Shown here: in pieces, positions 11,601-25,158 of the stretch
Layout of the letters: every line of letters starts with the position of its first letter
How positions within the stretch are numbered: the stretch's first letter is position 1
Assembly (NCBI GenBank): GCA_014905635.1
Contig: JABVCE010000032.1
Span: forward strand, 62,001 to 126,000
Direction of reading: 5' to 3'
DNA length: 64,000 bases
Origin: Scenedesmus sp. PABB004
Lineage: Eukaryota
Translations under genes and position numbers: made by a program
The notes under the pieces: model-generated
Databases searched by the model: none
What the model was told of the DNA's origin: nothing
Seen by the model: only the letters and a program-made list of their open reading frames with translations

Positions 11601-13062
11601 CATCTCCACCTCCACGCCCTGCCCCGCGGCCAGCCCCTTCATCCTGTACGGTGGCGGCTCTGCGTCCACCGCCAGCGTCAGGCAGGCGTGCACGGGTGGG
11701 ATCTCCGGGACGTGCACCGGCGTCGCGACCTCGGGTGCCGACGCGTACGCCGCCAAGGTGTTCGACGCTTCCAACTCGCTGATCGGCTGCGTCACGGCGA
11801 CCAGCACCTGCCCGTCCGGGGCGCCCTTTGTCTACTTCAAGGCAACCCCCGTCAACACCCTGGACGCGTGCGCGCCTTCGGCCCCCGCCGGCGGCTGCGC
11901 GGCGACGGGCGCCGCGGTGCCGCCGCTGCTCGCGTCCGCCACCCTGTCCATCACGACCCAGGCCGGTGCCCTGGTCGGGTGCGCGCCGACGGCCCTCACC
12001 GCCTGCCCCACTGGGCCCTACTCCTACCCCGTGGCGCTGACTGACACCGCTGGCGCCATCAAGCAGTGCGTGGACCGTCCCACCTCTGCTCCTTTCTGCA
12101 ACGTCCTGGGCACCGACAACGTGCAGTACAGCATCCCCATCTCGAGCACCGCAGGCGCCACCTCGGCGGTCTCCGCCGACATTGTCGGTTGCGCGGCTGC
12201 CGGCACGACGTGCCCGACCACCTTCCCCTTCATGGCCATCTCCGCTTCGTACGCCATCGCGCTGTGCAGCCCAGCGTCGTCGACCAAGGACTGCGCCACC
12301 AACGGCGGCGCCTTCACCACAGCGGTGCAGAGCGCGTTCTCCTCGGCTACCCTGCTTGTCAACGTTGTGGGCTGCCTGGACGGTGCTGCCACGTCGTGCC
12401 CGACGACCGCACTGACCAGCGTGACGGCGAGCGTGGGCATCTTCGACGGCACGACCGTCAGCGCCCCACTGGTGGCCTGCCGCCCCAACCCGTCTGCGAC
12501 AACATGTGCCGCTGCAACAGGCTACACCATTTCGATGTACAACCAGGCCGGCACTGCTGCGGCAGGCACCCCCAACATTATTGGCTGCGTGAAGGACGCG
12601 AGCACGCGCTGCCCCTCGGCCACGCCCTTCCCCTGGGTGGCCGGTGCCAACCTTGCTGGCATGGTGATCGACAGCTGCCGCACCGCAGCGGCCGCGTCGA
12701 CGTGCGGCGACACCACGTTTGCCAACGAGCTGTACAGCGGCACAGACCCCACCGTCGTCACGCAGGCTGCGCTGGTGGGTTGCATCAGCACCAACCAGGT
12801 CAACTGCCCCCAGACTGCCAAGCTGGCCCTGGTGACGGGGCCGGGCATCGGTGTGCGCAGCGATGGCCTCGCCCTCAGTGGCACCAACCTGCTCAGGTGC
12901 TACACTGGTGCCGTTGTTTGCTCAGGCGGCTGGCCGCTGACGGGCAATGCAGGGACTGCTGTTGGCACGATTACGGTTGGCTCGCTCCTCTCGTGTTTGA
13001 CCAGTGGTACTGCCGGCACTTGCGTCAACCCCAACCCCTACGCTTCGGCGGCGTGCACTTGA
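8634..13062 (+). CDS. Large secreted Cys/Thr-rich protein with Ser-Pro linker (~1420 aa)
   Basis: Signal peptide [20 protein letters not shown]; exons 8634-9093, 9171-9445 (PSPSPAP repeats), 9535-13062 (degenerate CPxxxP..GC repeats); exon lengths sum to 4263 nt, in frame. Confidence 0.85.
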
Positions 13063-13339
13063 TGTGCCATGCTTTTGGCGGTCGGCCACAGCAAGCAGGC
13101 CCGCCTGTGGTGCGCGGCACTCGCGGCCCGACCACCACTAGGCTACGCTGCTGTGTGTTAGAGGGTAGGGCATGCACACGAGTCTGGGTGCTGTCGGTTC
13201 CGCCTGACACTGCCGCCCACCTGTGCGGTGTTCGGCTACGCAGCGGGCTGTGTAACATGCACCAGGACTGCCCCCAAAAGCCCGCCGTGCAGCGTGCGTC
13301 AGCGGACACACCAGCCCCCCCCCCCTCCCCCCCGCGCGC

Positions 13340-15265
13340 GCGCGCGCTTGAACCCTCAACCCCCCAGGGGTTGGAGAGGGCCGGGTTGGGGGGGGGGGGG
13401 GGGGGCGAGGCGGGCGTGCGCGGCCAGCGTCGGGAGCAGACTGAGCTGCCTTGTGAGAGCCGGGGCGCTGACGAGCCCAGTCGCTCTCTCGAGTCTATGC
13501 CGTGTTGTCACCTCGCCGTGCCGCGCCCCGACGCCAGCACGTGCCGCCGCGGTGCACCACGCACGACGTCCTGCCTCGTGGTGGCAAGCGGCTCGCGCCG
13601 AGCTTTTGAGTGTGGGTGCCCGCACAGGCCGGCAGCGCCTCGCCCGCCCCGCGCACACGTGCCCCGGCCAGCAGGGCAGTCCCGGTCACACAGCACACCC
13701 GCGCCCCGCCGTCGACGCCGCGGGACCGCAGGGCCCCACTCACCGTCACGGCTGGCCAGCGCGCGCTCCCCCCTCCCAGCAACAGAGAGCACGCACACAG
13801 GTGCGCGCCCAGCCCCCCCCCCCCCCCTCCCGTAACTGCCCGCGCCCTGCGCCCCTCGCAGGCGCGCGCCCCGCCCAGCCGGCGGCGCGGCGCCCTGGTG
13901 GGCGGTCAGGCCCCCTGGTGGGGTGCGAACTCGAAGATGCTGTCTGCTGGGCAGATGGTGGGCAGGTAGAGGATCTTGTCCGACGCCGCAGTCCTGCACG
14001 GGCAGACGTGGCGCGGGGGGGGGGGCGTGAGGGGGGAACAAGGGGGGGGGCACAGGGGGGGGGGGGAGGGGGTGTGTTGTATGTGTGTGTGTGCGAGGGG
14101 GGGGGGGGTAGCAGGGGGGCGGGCGTCGGCGCGCAGGCGCGGGCGCACGCCAGGCACCAGCCACGCAGCCGGGCGCGGCAGGCGCCCCCCCTCCCCGGCC
14201 CCAGCCCTGGTCCCCGGCCCCGGCCCGCGGCGCGCCCGCCCCGCCGCACCGCGTGCGGCGCCAGTCGAGGGTGGTTGCCGCGAGCGCGAGGAAGGCGATG
14301 AGGTGGTTCACCGCGTACTCCTTGCCCACGCAGTAGTGCGGGCCGTGGCCAAAGACCAGGAAGTTGGGCGCGTGCGTCACGTCCTCGCGCCGCTCCGGGC
14401 TGTGGGGTTTTTGGGGGGGGGGGGGGTTGCGGGTGGGGGTGGGGGTGGGTGTGCGTGTGTGGGTGGGTAAGGGGGGGGGTGAGGGGGGAAAGCATGTGGG
14501 GGTGTTGAGAGCGCGCGCGCGCGCGGGGTGTGAGCGGCGGCAGGCGTGCGCGCGCGCGCGCGCGCGGGGAGCGGCGCGCGCGCGCGGGGGGCGGGCGGCT
14601 GCCGGCCCGCGCGCGCCGCGCCTGAAGCGGTCTGGGTCGAACTTGTGGCCGTCGGTGTAGCCCTGGCGGCAGGCTGAGACGATGTCGGGGATGATGAAGG
14701 CGCCCTTGGGCGCGGTGTAGGCCGGCGTGAGCGCAAAGGGCCGCATGGCGACCTGGGGGACCATCGGCGCGGGCGGGCGGAAGCGCAGCACCTCCTTGAC
14801 CACCTGCGGGGGGCGCGCGGGGGTGCGCGGGGGGGGGGTGCGGGGGGCATGTGGGGGGGGGTGTGGGGTGGGGGTGTGGAGTGGAGTGTGTGTGTCTCGG
14901 GGGGGGGGGTGCGTGTGAGTGAAGGGGGGAGGGGGGCACGGGGGAGAGGGGGGGGGGGGGGGCGGCGTGTGGCGCGCTCTGCGCACAACCCTAAGAGCCC
15001 CATCCCCCGCGCCCCCCGGCGCCCCCCGGCGCCCCCCACCTGGCGCGTGTAGGGCATGGCCGCGAGCGTGTCGCCCGCGATGGTGGCGCCCAGGTCGGGC
15101 CGCGCCGCCGCCTGCTCCGCGCGCACGCGCGCCAGCACGTCCGGGTGCTCCGCCATCTGCGTCAGCAGCCACACCAGGCTCGCCGTGCTCGCGTCCTGAC
15201 GCGGCGGCGCGCGTGAGGCGGCGGGTGCGAGCGTGAGGCGGTGGCGGCGCGCGCGACGGGGCGGC
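13340..15265. repeat. Direct repeat of ~26840-28815 (CYP710 3' exons, introns and 3' flank)
   Basis: Exons and 3' flank align closely with the full gene; introns differ in G/C tract lengths. Confidence 0.9.
13906..15195 (-). pseudogene. 5'-truncated CYP710 copy (last four exons)
   Basis: DASTASLVW / VVKEVLRFRPP / FGHGPHYCVGKEYA / KILYLPTI exons; nothing upstream of the DASTASL exon. Confidence 0.85.
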
Positions 15266-15320
15266 GCGGCGGCGCGGCGGCGCGGTGGGGCGACGGGGCG
15301 GCGGGGCGCCCTGGGTGCAC

Positions 15321-18300
15321 CTGGGCGACGCCCTTCCCAGCCGCTGGAGTGCGCCTCGGTGCCCCAGAGTCGGTCGGTGTGCCCAGAGCAATGTTGCGAG
15401 TATGGATGTCCCCAACCTGCTTGCCCTCGGGGGGCACAGCTCACACCAGGGCCCCCCAGCAATACCTCTTGCTCGACGACGGTGCACCGTCACCAGCACC
15501 CAACGGCGCTTGGCGCCCTCCCCGAGCTTAAAAAAATAAGCTTGGCGGAAGGTGCTGAGATGCCCCCCCCCCCGGCGTGCCCCGCCCAGCATGTGCATGT
15601 GCGTGGGGTCGCGGCCGCGCTGGAGCTGCACACATCTTCCAGGTCGCGCACAGTTCGCACCTGAGAAGTCTCACGAGATCCCGCACCAGACCGCATCTGC
15701 GCCTCAGGGTATTTGGTCCACCACCGTCAAGACATCGCGCATGGGCCTCCGCATCCCTTGTCATTTATTCTCCGTGACGAGCAAACAACCTGCTCCCCTG
15801 CCTGCCTGCCTGCCTCGCAGAGCTCCCCTGGTCCGGTCTGAGCGCATCCGGCGCGTCAGATTGATCGACTCCGGGCACCCTGCCCCACAGGTGCCCTAGT
15901 TGAAACCTGCCCCGCATCCAGCTGGCCGGCTCGAGCATGATGTTGCCCGCTGTGCAGGAGCCTGCGGCTGCTGGCAGTGAGAGCGTGCGTGCGCCACGGC
16001 CACGGCACGGGCACCTGCCGGTGAATGGGGAGAAGGGCAAAGCGGGCAGCTCGGGAGCGGGCTGCTTATGACTGAGCCTGTGCAGCTGCTGCAGAATAGA
16101 AAAGACATGTAGAATCGAGCACCTGATGCAGACAAAAGTTCGCGGGTTTCTTACAGGCATGCACCATGGCCGGCACGGGCACCTGCCGCCGACGTGCCGG
16201 TGACTGGAGAAAGGGGTAACGCGGCCAGCTCGCGCAGGGGGCGCGGGTGCGAACGAGCTGCTCACGACCGAGCCTGCGCAGCTGCTGTAGAATAGAGTAG
16301 CGCACAGGGGGCATTTCCTGCAAGAAGTCGCACGAACTTGCGTGACAAAGCCGCTGCTTGCCCGCCGCGGCGCTCGCCCTGCCTATCCGCGTCAACCCAA
16401 GTCGTGCGATACGCAGGAGGAGCCGCAGAGCCGCGCGCGGAGCAGGGGCGCGTGCGCTAGCTCAAAGAACAAGCATAGCAGGCGCGCGAGCGCGCATCCT
16501 GCTGCGCGCACCGCCCGTGGGCCGCATTCTCAGGCCGGCCGGCCGGCCGCGGCCGCGGTCGCAGGGCGCTGCGCACCGCCCCGAGCGAGCTCGGACCAGA
16601 TCGCATCGCTGCTCACCGAGCCCCAGGCGGGTCCCTCCTCGGCATGGCGGCCAGCGAGGTCCCAGTGGCGGCGCTGCTGGACAAGATCGAGTCCCTGGAG
16701 CGCCGCCTGGACCGCCAGCAGGACGCGCTGGCGCAGGCGTGCGCGGCGCAGTCGGCACCCCCGCCGGCTCTCGAGAGCGTCGATGCCTTCCTGCAAAGCT
16801 ACTTCGGTGGCAGCGCCGAGCTGGCAGGCCACGCCGAGGAGCGGTCCGGCAGCGGCAGCGCGGCGGCCGCCGGCGCGCTCGAGGGCCCTGCTCTGCGACG
16901 CCAGCACAGCGCGCCGGCCGGGCCTCTAGCCCAGACCCCCACGTCGCTCCGCTGGAGTCCGGCGGCGCTCAGCGCGCCGGTCCTGGCGCTGAGCCCGCTC
17001 GCCGAGCCGCTCGGCTCCAAGCGCCGCAGCGAGCCGCTGGTGGCGGCGGTCGCCGACGCTAGGAGCGGCACGGCCGGCAGTCCAGGCGAGCCCCTGGACC
17101 GTGGCGGCGACAGCACGCGGCAGCGCTGCAAGCGGAGCCGCAGCAACACCGCCGCCGTCGTGGCCGGCGGCGGTGTGGCGGCGCCCACCTTTCCTCCCTG
17201 GCTGCTGCAGCGCGCGCGCGCCACGCTCGCGCCCCTGTCCAGCACGGCGGCGGCCGCGCTGAGGGCGCAGCAGCTCCAGGTGCTGCTGGGCACGGACGCG
17301 ACCGGCATGCCGCTGCCCGTGGCGCCGACTGGGGCGCCGGCGCTGCTGCCCGTGGGACTGGCGGGCACGGCGCCGACGGGCGCGCCGAGCAGCGCGGCCA
17401 CGACCGCGGCAGCTGCCGCACCACAGCCGCGGCCGCACGGCCAGCCGGTCGTCCAGGTGGAGCCCCTGCCCAGGCTCGGCGGGGTGCTGCCGCCGGGCGG
17501 CTTTGTCCGCCTGCTGCATGACGACGCGCCGCTGCTGGTCTAGGGAGCACGGGCACCGCCGCAGCAGCGCCAGGGCCCCCTGGCAGAGCCGAATGATGAA
17601 AGCAATATTGTTTTGCGATAGGACGGGGCGGGGCACGCGTGGGGGCGTTATATCTTTGAATTTGATTTCGAGCTCAGGGGGTGTGTTTGTAGGAAACCCA
17701 CGAACTTTTGTCTGCATCAGGTGCTCGATTCTACATGTCTTTTCTATTCTGCAGCAGCTGCACAGGCTCAGTCATAAGCAGCCCGCTCCCGAGCTGCCCG
17801 CTTTGCCCTTCTCCCCATTCACCGGCAGGTGCCCGTGCCGTGGCCGTGGCGCACGCACGCTCTCACTGCCAGCAGCCGCAGGCTCCTGCACAGCGGGCAA
17901 CATCATGCTCGAGCCGGCCAGCTGGATGCGGGGCAGGTTTCAACTAGGGCACCTGTGGGGCAGGGTGCCCGGAGTCGATCAATCTGACGCGCCGGATGCG
18001 CTCAGACCGGACCAGGGGAGCTCTGCGAGGCAGGCAGGCAGGCAGGGGAGCAGGTTGTTTGCTCGTCACGGAGAATAAATGACAAGGGATGCGGAGGCCC
18101 ATGCGCGATGTCTTGACGGTGGTGGACCAAATACCCTGAGGCGCAGATGCGGTCTGGTGCGGGATCTCGTGAGACTTCTCAGGTGCGAACTGTGCGCGAC
18201 CTGGAAGATGTGTGCAGCTCCAGCGCGGCCGCGACCCCACGCACATGCACATGCTGGGCGGGGCACGCCGGGGGGGGGGGGGGGGGGGCATCTCAGCACC

Positions 18301-18525
18301 TTCCGCCAAGCTTATTTTTTTTAAGCTCGGGGAGGGCGCCAAGCGCCGTTGGGTGCTGGTGACGGTGCACCGTCGTCGAGCAAGAGGTATTGCTGGGGGG
18401 CCCTGGTGTGAGCTGTGCCCCCCGAGGGCAAGCAGGTTGGGGACATCCATACTCGCAACATTGCTCGGGGCACACCGACCGACTCTGGGGCACCGAGGCG
18501 CACTCCAGCGGAAGGGCGTGCCCAG
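15321..18525. mobile_element. IR2: ~3.2 kb foldback-like unit with ~830 bp inverted arms (15321-16155, 17688-18525); mobility unproven
   Basis: Mirrored ORF coordinates sum to 33843; arms nearly identical; no transposase recognised. Confidence 0.45.
16644..17543 (+). CDS. Hypothetical protein (299 aa) inside IR2
   Basis: ATG-initiated ORF; N-terminal coiled-coil-like LLDKIESLERRLDRQQDALAQA, basic patches, Ala-rich remainder. Confidence 0.5.
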   Translation: MAASEVPVAALLDKIESLERRLDRQQDALAQACAAQSAPPPALESVDAFLQSYFGGSAELAGHAEERSGSGSAAAAGALEGPALRRQHSAPAGPLAQTPTSLRWSPAALSAPVLALSPLAEPLGSKRRSEPLVAAVADARSGTAGSPGEPLDRGGDSTRQRCKRSRSNTAAVVAGGGVAAPTFPPWLLQRARATLAPLSSTAAAALRAQQLQVLLGTDATGMPLPVAPTGAPALLPVGLAGTAPTGAPSSAATTAAAAAPQPRPHGQPVVQVEPLPRLGGVLPPGGFVRLLHDDAPLLV

Positions 18526-19180
18526 TGGGCGACACCACCTTCGGCCTCAGGAGCAGCTGCCCACCCGTCAGCGGACGGGCGTGCAGCGCTGCGCGGCGCC
18601 CAGCGCGCTGCGCACGCGTGTCGGATTCGGTGTAACCGGGGTGCCGCCCGCCAGGAGGGGCGCTGGGGAGATTCTGCGCGGCCGTGTGGAGGCAGCCGCG
18701 CACTGGGCGGTGAAGTGAGCGCCTGCGCAGCCGGCCGCGGCAGGGCGCCAGGCGCGCGTGCGCGCGACCAGTGCAGCGGACGCAGGGCGTGTGGGCTGGG
18801 CGCGCCCTGTTCGCGCGTTCTGGGCGCGCGGGGCGAGGCCCCGGCGCCGGTCAAGGGTGCTCGCCGGCGCGAGCGCCTCGCTGCCACGCGCCCGCGCTGC
18901 TCGTGCGCCGGCCGCGCGCGCCGCGCACGCCGAACGTCTCGGGGTGCGATTCGCGCGCGCATGCGCATCCGCGTGCCACACTTTCCGCGGGAAAACAGTC
19001 CCGGTCGAATATTCACATTTGCGAGCGCCGTGAGGCTCTGTACGCGCCGCGCCTGCGCCGTGCCTGCACCCACACCAACCCCACACCCTGAAGCGTCCTT
19101 CTCATTCGCGGCTGGGGGGCCGCAATGCTCTGATCGGCCGGCGCAAGTGGTCAACCCCTGCCACTTGCAGAAAATTCAGC

Positions 19181-22100
19181 ATGGCCGCTTCGCCCCCCCG
19201 CGGCCGCCCGGCGTCCATCGCGGCGCTCCTGGCCGTCGTCGCACTCTTTCTCGGCACCGCGCGGGGCCAGATGCCCCAGCAGTGCAGCACTACCGCCACC
19301 AACGTCACCACTCGCTGCGCGCCCCCCTGCGCCGTCTGCCTGAGCGCCCCCGGGCCCGCGCGGCTCAGGGCGTGCGTGTGCTGCAAGGCCGGCTTCATTG
19401 CGGGCGCCACGGGCAAGTGTCGCGCGTGTGCTGTCGGCACCTTCACCGCGTCGCCGGGGTCGATCAAATGCGCCCGCTGCCGCGATGGGCGCACCACAAC
19501 GGGCAAAAACGCGACGTTCTGCGACGGTGAGTGCTGAGAATGAGTGGCGGGGACAATGAGGGGTCGGAGCTGACTTTTCAGGCCCAACCCCCCGCTGCAC
19601 GCGCTGCCCCCGCCCCTCCCCCCCTCCCCGCCGGCACCCAGCTTGCCCGGCCGGCACCCAGCTGCGCCTGGTCAAGCGCGACGTGGGGGGCAAGCCAACC
19701 GACGTGCAAGTCTGCCGCCCCTGCCCCGCCGGGCGCACGTCGCTCGGGGGGCCCACCAAAACAAACCCGCGCTGCACGCCCTGTCCTGCCAACACCTACG
19801 TGGGCGCAGGCGGCGCGACGTGCCTGGCGTGCCCCCTCGGCACCATCTCGCCGCCCGGGTCATCCGCCGCCGCCGCGTGCGTGCGGAGCGAGATCCCCGG
19901 CGTGTCGCCCTTGCCCGCGTCACCTTCGCCGACGCCACCGGCCGCCTCGCCCAGCCCGGTGCCATCCTTCGCCGCCACGCTGGCGATCAAGGCGGCGGGC
20001 GGCTGCAACGCCTCGCTGCACGACGCGTTTGTCAACGCCACGCGCACGGCCATCCTGGCGCGCACGCCCGCAAACGAGCAGGGGTCGGTCACCGTCACCA
20101 AGGGCGCCTGCACCACGTCGCCCGGTCGCCGCCTACTCGGGCGCTGGCTGCTGTCGGTGGGGACGTCCACGTACGGCGTTCTGGTGTCGTTCACCTCCGC
20201 TGCCGGCGCCGGTGACATCACGCAGACCGTGCAGGACTCGGGGCTGCGAACGACGCTGGGCAACATGGCTGCTCAGTTTGGCTCCATCGTGCTCGACCTG
20301 AGTGAGTTGGGCGGTTTGGGGTCGCGTCACAACGCTCGACTCACTGTCTCACTTCCTGCGGGTTGAATCCCCCCCCCCCCCCCCCGCGCCAGCCTGGCAG
20401 GTGAGCGACGCGCCCGGCCCAAGCCCCTCCACGCCGACATCTCCGTCCCCGGCCCCGCGGCCGCCCTCGCCTGCACCTTCCTCGCCGTCGCCGGGACCTG
20501 CCTCTTCATCCCCCGCCCCGGCGCCCCCGGCTTCCCCCGCGCCCGGGCCCCCGGCACCCCCGACGCCCCCAGCGCCTCCTGTTGGGCCCCCAGCGCCTCC
20601 TGTTGGGCCCCCAACGCCTCCTGTTGGGCCCCCGGCGCCTCCAACGCCGCCGTTTGATAGCGGGGCGTCTGAGAATGCCAACTCGCGGACATGCACCACC
20701 AACTCGGGCCTCGACTGCACCGCCTCGGGCGGCGCAGCACGCAGCTCGCCCTCGCTGCCGGCGGGCATCGCGCCGACCTACGCCATTTGCTGCGTGAGCT
20801 GCTGGCTCGCGCTTGGCTCGTACGGGTCGTCGCTCGCCCGCCACGCTGCTCTGAGCTGCGCACACTGCTCCGCCGTCGCAGGACGCTTGCGCCGCCGTCA
20901 ACTGCACCGCCGCAGGCGGCACACGTGTGGCACCTGCCCCCCTGCTCGCGGCGGGCGCCGGCACCCCCCAGCTGTGCTGCACCCTGCCGTCCGTGGAGCA
21001 GCCGGTCGTGACCGTTTTGCTCACAAGTGCAACCCCCAACTGCAGCGTCGCGACGGCACGGCTCATGGCCGACCAGATGTTTGCCCAGCTCACCGCGGAC
21101 ATGAGCGCCGCGGACAGGGCCCTGTTGGTGGTGGAGCCCTCGGATTGCACGGAAGGATCAAAGCGACGCAGGCTGCTGCAAGTCACCAGTGTGCAGGCCA
21201 CCGCTGCGCAGGCCACCGCTGCACAGGCCACCGCTGTGCAGGCCACCACAGCACCAAGGGCGTCATCGCCGGTCGGCGCGCGGTACGCGTTCAAGCTGAC
21301 GACTGCGTCGGGCCTGAGTCCTGCTAAAAGCACCGAAGCGGCGAGCGTGCTGGCAGACTCGCTCAGGCTCACCTTGCCCAACACCACACCCGTTGCTGAC
21401 GTTGTGGCGGAGCTCAAGGTCGCCCTCCGGTCGGCAACATCAGCCGTCGTCGCCCAGCTCGTTGGAGTTATCGATCAGGCCATCGTGAGAGCTGGCCTTG
21501 CGGCATCGTTCACAGTGCCAAGCGGCACAAGCTTTGTGCAGGCCGAAAGGGTCGTGTACTGCGGCGGCCTGCCCCGCGGCAGCGGCGTGTCGTGGCCTAC
21601 GCAGTGCGCCGGCGAGAAGCCGGACTTTGTGTGCACGGGCGTGTGCACCACGGGCGCGACGCGGTCGTCCACGTGCCAGAGCTCCAACGGCACGTGGTCG
21701 TCAGTTGCTGACTGCCCGGCCACCCAGCGTACGTTGCCGTACCATGCTGCAGCGGAAGGTCGACAGTGCGCGCGCATGCACGCCTGCTCACCCCCCCCCC
21801 TCTGTGCGCCTGCCTGGCGCTGCCGCAGCGACCCCGATCCCCTGTAGTCGGGCGCCCAACTCCACCGCCGCGAACGCCGCCGCATGGCCCTCGAGCTGCG
21901 CCGGGCAGGCCTCCTGCCAGGCCGGCTGCGCGGCCAACTTCTTCGGCACGATAACGGCGCTGTGCGACACCACAACCGGGCAGTGGCTGGCCTCGACGGG
22001 GACGTGCAGGGCCGTCACGTGCCCGACGCTGCCACCGTTCAACCTGACTGGCGCGCGCTGGCCGCTGGTGTGCAGCAGCAACACCGTGGGCGCCAACTGC

Positions 22101-23294
22101 ACTGCCATATGCGACGGCGCGGGGACAGGGCCGACGGCGACGTGCCAGGCGCCGGCTGCTGGCGCGGCGACGGGCAACTGGTCCAACCCGACCGCCGGCA
22201 CCTGCGAGTCAACCTATGGTGTGGGTGCCACGTGCCAGGACACCAACGGTGCCGTGCCGCCCAACCCCTCGCTCTATCCGTGTGCCGCCGGCAAGGCCCT
22301 CATCAACGGGAATGCCAACATCACCGGCCAGACCTTGGCTGGTGCAGAGGCCACTTGTTGCCAGCTCGCCTGTGGCTCCGTCGCCACCTGCTCGTCGGGC
22401 CAGCTGCGCAGGTCAAGCGCCACGCTCTGCGGGGGTAGCGACCAGCCACCATGCTCTGCGACTGGCTGCTGTCAGGTGAGCGTTTGTGGCGGCACCTCGG
22501 CTTGAAACTGATCGGTGAATAAAAGGCACCGCCGTTGCGCTGCACGCAGGCCAAGTGCGACTCCTTCACATGCCCCAGCGGCAGGACGCTCAATTCTGGC
22601 GCGGCAACGATCCCTTGCGGGGGCGCCACCTGCGCTGCAAGTGATGCCAACACCTGCTGCGCGCAGGCTGCAGCCCTTGCCGCGTGCACGAGCGCGCCCA
22701 CCAACGCCACCGCACTGCCAGCCAACGCGGCGTGGGGCACCTGCACCAACATCAGCAGCGGCTCGTCCTGCGCCGCCGTGTGCGCGAGCGGCTACACCGC
22801 GACTGCCGGCACGTCCAGCGGCGCCCTGTGCACCAACGGTACCTACGCGGCCTCGGTCTCGGGCAACCTCACCTGCGTGGCAAACCGTGAGCGTGCTGCG
22901 CAGGGGGCTGCCCGCGCTGGCGCCGCTCGCGGCACGCTGCCCGCACGCACGCACGCACGCACGCACGCCGCAGCCCCCGCCGACGCTGCGCTCACTCCGC
23001 TGCCGCTGCCGCGCCGGCCCCCGCAGCCCTTGCCGCGTGCACGAGCGCGCCCACCAACGCCACCGCCCTGCCAGCCAACGCGGCATGGGGCACCTGCACC
23101 AACGTGACCAGCGGCTCGTCCTGCGCCGCCGTGTGCGCGAGCGGCTACACCGCGACTGCCGGCACGTCCAGCGGCGCCCTGTGCACCAACGGTACCTACG
23201 CGGCCTCGGTCTCGGGCAACCTCACCTGCGTGGCAAACCGTGAGCGCGCTGCGCAGGGGGCTGCCCGCGCTGGCGCCGCTCGCGGCACGCTGCC

Positions 23295-23353
<59 letters not shown>

Positions 23354-24036
23354 CGCAGCCCCCGCCGACGCTGCGCTCACTCCGCTGCCGCTGCCGCGCC
23401 GGCCCCCGCAGCCCTTGCCGCGTGCACGAGCGCGCCCACCAACGCCACCGCACTGCCAGCCAACGCGGCGTGGGGCACCTGCACCAACATCAGCAGCGGC
23501 TCGTCCTGCGCCGCCGTGTGCGCGAGCGGCTACACCGCGACTGCCGGCACGTCCAGCGGCGCCCTGTGCACCAACGGTACCTACGCGGCCTCGGTCTCGG
23601 GCAACCTCACCTGCGTGGCAAACCGTGAGCGCGCTGCGCAGGGGGCTGCCCGCGCTGGCGCCGCTCGCGGCACGCTGCCCGCACGCACGCACGCACGCAC
23701 GCACGCCGCAGCCCCCGCCGACGCTGCGCTCACTCCGCTGCCGCTGCCGCGCCGGCCCCCGCAGCCCTTGCCGCGTGCACGAGCGCGCCCACCAACGCCA
23801 CCGCACTGCCAGCCAACGCGGCGTGGGGCACCTGCACCAACATCAGCAGCGGCTCGTCCTGCGCCGCCGTGTGCGCGAGCGGCTACACCGCGACTGCCGG
23901 CACGTCCAGCGGCGCCCTGTGCACCAACGGTACCTACGCGGCCTCGGTCTCGGGCAACCTCACCTGCGTGGCAAACCGTGAGCGTGCTGCGCAGGGGGCT
24001 GCCCGCGCTGGCGCCGCTCGCGGCACGCTGCCCGCC

Positions 24037-24071
<35 letters not shown>

Positions 24072-24747
24072 CGCAGCCCCCGCCGACGCTGCGCTCACTC
24101 CGCTGCCGCTGCCGCGCCGGCCCCCGCAGCCCTTGCCGCGTGCACGAGCGCGCCCACCAACGCCACCGCCCTGCCAGCCAACGCGGCATGGGGCACCTGC
24201 ACCAACGTGACCAGCGGCTCGTCCTGCGCCGCCGTGTGCGCGAGCGGCTACACCGCGACTGCCGGCACGTCCAGCGGCGCCCTGTGCACCAACGGTACCT
24301 ACGCGGCCTCGGTCTCGGGCAACCTCACCTGCGTGCCAAACCGTGAGCGTGCTGCGCAGGGGGCTGCCCGCGCTGGCGCCGCTCGCGGCACGCTGCCCGC
24401 ACGCACGCACGCACGCACGCACGCCGCAGCCCCCGCCGACGCTGCGCTCACTCCGCTGCCGCTGCCGCGCCGGCCCCCGCAGCCCTTGCCGCGTGCACGA
24501 GCGCGCCCACCAACGCCACCGCACTGCCAGCCAACGCGGAGTGGGGCACCTGCACCAACGTCAGCAGCGGCTCGTCCTGCGCCGCCGTGTGCGCGAGCGG
24601 CTACACCGCGACTGCCGGCACGTCCAGCGGCGCCCTGTGCACCAACGGTACCTACGCGGCCTCGGTCTCGGGCAACCTCACCTGCGTGCCGAACCGTGAG
24701 CGTGCTGCGCAGGGGGCTGCCCGCGCTGGCGCCGCTCGCGGCACGCT

Positions 24748-24781
<34 letters not shown>

Positions 24782-25107
24782 CGCAGCCCCCGCCGACGCT
24801 GCGCTCACTCCGCTGCCGCTGCCGCGCCGGCCCCCGCAGCCCTTGCCGCGTGCACGAGCGCGCCCACCAACGCCACCGCACTGCCAGCCAACGCGGCGTG
24901 GGGCACCTGCACCAACATCAGCAGCGGCTCGTCCTGCGCCGCCGTGTGCGCGAGCGGCTACACCGCGACTGCCGGCACGTCCAGCGGCGCCCTGTGCACC
25001 AACGGTACCTACGCGGCCTCGGTCTCGGGCAACCTCACCTGCGTGGCAAACCGTGAGCGCGCTGCGCAGGGGGCTGCCCGCGCTGGCGCCGCTCGCGGCA
25101 CGCTGCC

Positions 25108-25158
<51 letters not shown>

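Noticed and set aside
15321..18525. IR2 as a DIRS retrotransposon or autonomous DNA transposon
   Set aside because: No RT, RNase H, tyrosine recombinase or DDE motifs recognised in any frame.
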